64,000 bases of DNA from Eledone cirrhosa (lineage: Eukaryota), in contig OZ024743.1 of assembly GCA_964016885.1 (NCBI GenBank), positions 168,640,001 to 168,704,000 on the forward strand, read 5' to 3'. Within the stretch, counting starts at the first letter, position 1, and each line of letters starts with the position of its first letter. The notes beneath the pieces are model-generated. The model was not told the DNA's origin, made no database searches, and saw only the letters and a program-made list of their open reading frames with translations. Positions 56,192 to 64,000 of this stretch are shown here, in pieces. Both the position numbers and the translations under genes were made by a program.

Positions 56192-56291
56192 TATATATAT
56201 ATATATGTGTATAGATAGATATATAGATATATATATAGATATATTTCGTTTCTGAATTTGTTTAGCAAGATTCTTTATCTGAAAACGTGTG

Positions 56292-56346
<55 letters not shown>

Positions 56347-56586
56347 TATATATGTATATATATATAAGCTTATATATATATTTATATAAACATATATATA
56401 TATATAGTTGTTATACAGTAAGGTGCACTATTGGTTCTCTAAAGTGTTCCAAATATGTTAGCAATATTAAGTTCTCCACGCTTTTGTATATCTCCAATTC
56501 CATTGAAGGGAATGAGGGAATGAATTCTGTGAGAGAACATCGTTATATTTTCTCCCTCATATCAAGAATTTGAAGACAATTCCTTT

Positions 56587-56660
56587 TCACCTGATGAGAT
56601 CAGAGATAATCAATCATGGCTTCACAGTCGATCTATCTCTTATTGAAACATGTGTCGTGA
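56587..56660 (+). ncRNA. Minimal type-I hammerhead in a PLE 3' end fragment (about 56410-56770)
   Basis: TCAC-CTGATGA-stem II (AGAGATA/TATCTCT)-GAAA-CATGTG-TC-GTGA. Confidence 0.72.
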
Positions 56661-56806
56661 TTAAATGATTGGAATTTTACCTTGCCTTCGGATTTTCATT
56701 TTGATATATATATATATGTGTTATGCTTTGGGAGGGTCATGTTGCTAAACAAATTCAGAAACGAAATATATATATTACATATATATATATATATATGCAT
56801 ATATAA

Positions 56807-58561
<1,755 letters not shown>

Positions 58562-58650
58562 ATATATATATACATATATGTGTATGTATATATGTATATG
58601 TATATATATATATGTATATATGAATATGTATATATATATATAGGGATATA

Positions 58651-58707
<57 letters not shown>

Positions 58708-58709
<2 letters not shown>

Positions 58710-59072
58710 CTTAAAATGAAGTGAGAATAAGAACAAAGCAAGAACGGGGGCAGTTTTCCTCATAAGTTGTCTACTGGGTGTCTCCGATAGTTCATGCTTT
58801 AAAGACAATATATCTACCGCTCAGAGCTTTCAATAACTGGGTAAGTCATTGGAAAACAGAGGAAGGAGGGAAGGAAAATAGAAGGGAAAAGGGAAGATAC
58901 GAGAAAGCAGCGAAAAAAAACAACAACAAGTTGTGCGGGCAACTTAAGGTAAGAAAATCCAAGACCACTGCGATATGAAAACTTAAGTTCAAGAACGTGT
59001 GGGCGAACGGAAAGACACGTCTGACCCCAGCGAATGTAAATGAGAAAAGGAATGCTAGAGGGTCAGGCGAGA
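58708..59072 (-). repeat. Second copy of the unclassified about 370-bp repeat
   Basis: Diverged match to 24700-25070. (TA)n flanks. Confidence 0.6.
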
Positions 59073-59130
<58 letters not shown>

Positions 59131-59173
59131 TATCGAGCCCTCTTTGGATTTTAGTCTTCAAATTTATTATTAT

Positions 59174-59239
<66 letters not shown>

Positions 59240-59559
59240 ATATATATATATATATAAATGTATATATATACGTGTATATATATATATATTTCTATATATA
59301 TGTGTGTGTGTATGTGTCTATGTATATAAACATATGTACATATATATATGTATATATATATATAGATAGATAGATATTAAAACAGGGAGAAAAAGACTAT
59401 TATTAGGAAGAAAAAAAATTTGTTTCCCTTTATTTTTTTCTCTTATTTCTGGGTTAGAAAATGTTTAAAACAAAATGTTTTACTATGCGTGAAGTGTTAA
59501 GGTAATAGTTAATTTATTTATTAATTAACAATGGCATTTATTTATTTATTTATTTATCT

Positions 59560-60610
59560 ATTTAATAATTGTCTATTACCGGTTTCAGCATTTTATGCAT
59601 TATCAAAGGGTGTAATTTTTATTGTTATAAAATGTTGAACATGTTAAGGAAATGGGAAAGAAAGAATAATATTATTTAGAAACAAGGTTTTTGAAGTAAA
59701 AAGAAAAAAGAAAAAAAGTGGTGATGTGGAACATGATAAGTTAATGGGAAAGAAAGAATAATATTATTTACAGGCATAGTTCTTGAGGATAAGCATTTCA
59801 AAATGTGTTATTATGACAAGAGCGCTTGGTTGGTCCATAATGGAGGCAAATGGTGGTCTGTGGTTTGATATGATTTCCCTTTTTAGAGAGTTAATATGCA
59901 GGTGGAGGTAATTCAGGGTGGCCAGGTAGGTGAGAGAAAAATGAGAGGGGGTAATTCATTTATATAAGAAAAAGGATTAGGTAGAGTGTTCGGGATGTTC
60001 TCTTTAGAGAACATTGGAATTGGGATTTGGTTCATTGTTCGTTCCAGTTTTAGTTTAGTCCGAAGTTTAGTCCATTAAGTAGAGGTTGGAATTTATTAAT
60101 GAAGTACGTTTCCTTATTGGTACGATGGATGAAAGAAACGTTGTCTATGAATTTGTAAATGGGGAAAATTTTAAAGTTTGGATGTTGGTTAGGTGTACAA
60201 TTGGTGATATGTTCACTAAAGGCAATCTGTATTCCTGTATTTTGATTTGTGATCTATGGCCGGCCATACGTTGTCGGAGGCTGTCTTTAGATCTAAACAT
60301 AGATTAGGTTTTCAGAAACACTGTGAAATGTTGTCCTTGTTTAAAATGGAATGTTGAACCTTCTATTAGATTTATGCATATACCACAGTTGGGCCTTCGC
60401 ATTTTTTTTACTGTAGGGTTCATTGTGAGGGTCGGTTGGATTTTGGCTTGTGTGAGGATGTTTTTTATGGATTTAGGTTGTCTTTTGCTCTTTATGATGT
60501 TGTGAGTTTGGAGGATTTTGTTCATGCTTGAATCTCTTTTTAGTAAGGAATGTTCTGGAGGATGGTGTCGAATGCCTCATTGTTAAGGGGGTTGTATTCG
60601 TGGTTTCATT
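59560..60610 (-). mobile_element. Neptune-like PLE fragment
   Basis: KRQPKSIKNILTQAK, NCGIC and LRQRMAGHRSQI. Degenerate hammerhead (TTGATAA..GAAACCGGTA) at about 59575-59610. Confidence 0.65.
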
Positions 60611-60739
60611 TTCCTAAGGAGATACATACAGACACACTATGTCTGACAAATACGTAGTATAGATACACATGTGTATATATATATATATGTATAGATAGAG
60701 AGATAGAGAGATAGAGAGAAAGGGAGAGAGAGCCAGTGG

Positions 60740-62150
60740 GGATGGTGTTCGTCAACACACAGACACACACACATGCGTTGTTTAAGGAAGGATGATGTGT
60801 TGGTGATGCTGATGGTTGTGTAGGTATGGCGATGTGTCTGGTGGTGGTGGTGGTGGTGGTTGCGACATGATATTTGCAGGGTCGAATTTTACGATGGATT
60901 ACAGGTTAAAAAGTGACATAGGGAACATGGGGTAGTGGACTGAGGAGATGGTTGACGTATGATCTCAGCCGCTTCGGCCAGGCATAATTTGCAGTGGTTT
61001 TTGTCATTGGGGAGATGTGCCACACGTCTTTTAACTGACCACTTGATCTGGTATTCCAAGTTCTTGTCTTTGAGGTTCCTGATCAAGTCCACCAGACTTG
61101 TTTGGGATCGTTTGTGCCTGTGTTTGAAGGAGCTTTTGTGGTTATTCCAGCGTTCCTTAAACGTAGTCGATGTCGCCCCTATGTAGGAGTACTTTTTTGG
61201 CCCGCTGTGACATCGCACCGGTAAACAATGTTTTTAACGAGGCACTCCCCGTTTAGTGTGCATTCCACCTGCCTTTTGCAGTTGCAGTTGGGGGTTATGG
61301 GTTTGTTGCTACGTTATCGGTTTTACTTATTCTGTGTGGAGCTGGCATGTATGTTGTTGTGTTGTGTGTGTTGTTTCGTTCTGGGTTGGTTGTGGTGCTC
61401 TCATGTGTTTGCGTATTTTTGTCCTATTTGCCTGTGCTATTGTGTTGCCTAGATTTGTTGTTGTGGTGAAGGAGAATTTGACAGTGTTTCTAATAAAGAG
61501 CTTGTAATATTTATGTGTGGGTGGGAAGGACTGGTCAAGAACTCTGAAGAAGGTTCCCGTTATATTGGTAGCAACGTCTATGGAGTACGGAGCGTTGTAC
61601 CATGCCACGGGTCTGCTTCAGGCTGTACGTTGCTTATTTTGGTTTTTGTGGTTTAGTGGTTGTGTGGGTGTGTTTTGGTCAGGCGTATTTGTCATGGGGT
61701 TTTTTGCTATTCTGTTGTCGTTAAGTCTCGGGTCTCTGTTACTAGGTCTTCGTGTGCGATAATCAGAGTCCTTACTGGGGTTGGAGAGTATAGCTTCATC
61801 TCCATGGCAGTTGTGTGTAACGCTGCCTATCCTGCCGGCTAAAGGTGGTCTTTGCTTAGTCTTAGTTCTAGGTGGTGTGTCCTCGTCTATATGAGTTTCT
61901 AAAGGTCTGTTTGGTTTTAGCGGTGTTGTGGTTCTAGTTTGGTCATTGTAATTTATCTTCTTATTGTACCCAGCCTTTTCAAGTGTGGAGTTATAGTATT
62001 CCGCGTGCTGGTTGAAGATAGTTCTGTTCGCCGACAGGTTTGACACTCTGTAGGAAACGCTTTTAATTATTGAGTTAATTATGCTCCTAGGGTGGCTGGA
62101 GTGTCTATTGACATATTTTAGGTTTTCGTTTGGTTTATGGTATGGGCGGT
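60740..62150 (-). mobile_element. PLE fragment (RT thumb, linker, GIY-YIG)
   Basis: SSHP, WYNAPYS, RNTVKFSF, CNCKRQVEC, YIGATSTTFKERWNNHKSSF and CKLCLAE in ORFs 61618-62046, 61327-61608 and 60889-61218. Confidence 0.85.
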
Positions 62151-62660
62151 AATTAATTAGTTTTAAGCTATATTATATGATAAAATAAAATGACAGACAT
62201 GAAATAAATTTAGCGAGAGAAATATTAAGATAAAGAGTGAAAAAAGAGTTATATAAATAAGAATATAAATATAAGAGGTTTTGATGTTGTTCTTTAATAG
62301 ATGATGACAATTATAATTATAATTATGATTTTAATGATGATGATGCTGATAATGTGATATAATAGATCCAAGTGGTACACTCTGGGTTATGGAATAGATA
62401 AGATGGAATTAAGCTGGTCTAAAGTTCTCAAATTTAGTCGCCGATTTATTTCGACAAAAAATAGTTTTTTCAATTTTATTGTTAAGAAGAATTTTGTTGT
62501 AATTTAAAATTTGGAAAAGCCACCAGAACAGTAGAGAAACAGTACAGGATAGCATGAGGGAGATTGGATATGAGAAGGATGGAGAGAATGCGTACTGGGT
62601 TTATGTAGGCGTTCTTTGATTTATTTTATCTATCTAACTATCTATCTATCTATCTATCTA

Positions 62661-62738
<78 letters not shown>

Positions 62739-62822
62739 GAGAGAGAGAGAGTGAGAGAGATTAGATATATTTATATACATTTATATATATATATTTATTT
62801 ATATATTTATATATCTATATAT

Positions 62823-63291
62823 ATATTATTCAGAATATTAATAAATGAAGACATTCACGTAATAAAAATATGTTTTATTATATATATTTCGAAGGTACTG
62901 TGCTTTTTTAAAGTACGTCCTCGTCAGATAAAATACATGACTTGATGTATGACATACCTCAACGGTGTTGATGGCTCAATTCCAGTATTGGCAGTATATA
63001 TGCCAATACTGCCAATACTGCCAATACTGCCAATACTGGAATTGAACCATCAAGACCGTTGAGGTATGTCATACATCAATTCATGTATTTTATCTGATGA
63101 GGACCTACTGAAAAATCAGCACAGTTCCTTCGAAAAATATATAATAAAACATATTTTGATTATGTGAATGTCTTCATTTATTAATATTCTGAATAATATT
63201 AATAACTCCAGAAAACTTCGCTGTAGAGTGCTTTTAATCTATTGTAAAACTATATTCATTAAGTAATCAATGAACCATATTAATCTTTGTT
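62823..63291. mobile_element. Fold-back mini-element with a hammerhead in each arm plus tail, related to the 7843-24540 PLE termini
   Basis: Palindrome 62823-63199. CTGACGA on minus (62921-62927) and CTGATGA on plus (63094-63100). Tail 63200-63291 resembles the reverse complement of 7844-7933. Confidence 0.87.
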
Positions 63292-63344
63292 CATATACAT
63301 ATATATTTATATATATATATAGTAATAATAATAAATTTGAAGAC

Positions 63345-63384
<40 letters not shown>

Positions 63385-63555
63385 TATATATATATTTATA
63401 TACACTCATCGTACCAGCGTCAACACAGTGGCGTGAATAGGATTATCGACAGCTAGAAATATCAGCCAAGTCCTTTCAACTGAGTTAGCTCTACAATTAA
63501 GGAGCCCTATATATAACCAAAATTAAATTAAGGATGTCATGTCTGAGTAACATGC

Positions 63556-63596
<41 letters not shown>

Positions 63597-63630
63597 TAAT
63601 GAATGGAAACTATATTTATATAACCATAAT

Positions 63631-63696
63631 TATTTTATTATATATATTTCAAGGGCAACCAAGGCAAATTATGGTGCGATTTCATCAGATAAAATA
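63631..63696 (-). ncRNA. Minimal type-I hammerhead ribozyme
   Basis: TATTTTAT-CTGATGA-stem II-GAAA-TATATA-TA-ATAAAATA on the minus strand. Family of 32181/45598. Confidence 0.75.
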
Positions 63697-63842
63697 CAAA
63701 TTTGTTTTACAAATAAATATTGATATACCCGCATAAAGACAACATTAACGTTTGAGGTTCGCTGGATAGTGGAAATAATATTTTATTGAGGGTGATTGAA
63801 AGTTATGAGTGAGTGAATCCCAACAAATTAAATATAACCTCA

Positions 63843-63886
<44 letters not shown>

Positions 63887-63887
63887 A

Positions 63888-63981
<94 letters not shown>

Positions 63982-64000
63982 ACATATATATTTATATATA

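Noticed and set aside
63001-63040. (TGCCAATAC)x4 and other short repeats as a CRISPR array
   Set aside because: No spacers, no cas genes, eukaryotic context.

Overview
AT-rich eukaryotic (invertebrate) genomic DNA, probably a cephalopod such as octopus; this is inferred from the SINE types and the extreme (TA)n load, not demonstrated. Only one host-gene piece is visible: a 3,012-nt phase 0-0 low-complexity coding exon (34567-37578, +), possibly from a Grainyhead-like transcription factor. The rest is intronic or intergenic retroelement sequence: (TAA)n-associated R4/Dong-like RT-RLE LINEs of two families; Tx1-like APE-RT LINEs, one with an intact 1145-aa ORF2; several Penelope-like elements (PLEs, RT plus C-terminal GIY-YIG); a tRNA-derived Deu/Nin-core SINE in more than 10 copies; and CR1, RTE and hAT-like relics. 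Two structures stand out. (1) A PLE spanning about 7843-24540 has inverted hammerhead-bearing termini, and its Asn-coding (AAT)n tract has been split by about 12 kb of stacked LINE insertions. (2) About ten 120-550 bp fold-back mini-elements sit in (TA)n tracts; most carry minimal type-I hammerhead ribozymes whose loop-III sequence varies between families but stays self-complementary. They match the termini of the coding PLEs. All coordinates were read by eye and element ends are approximate.
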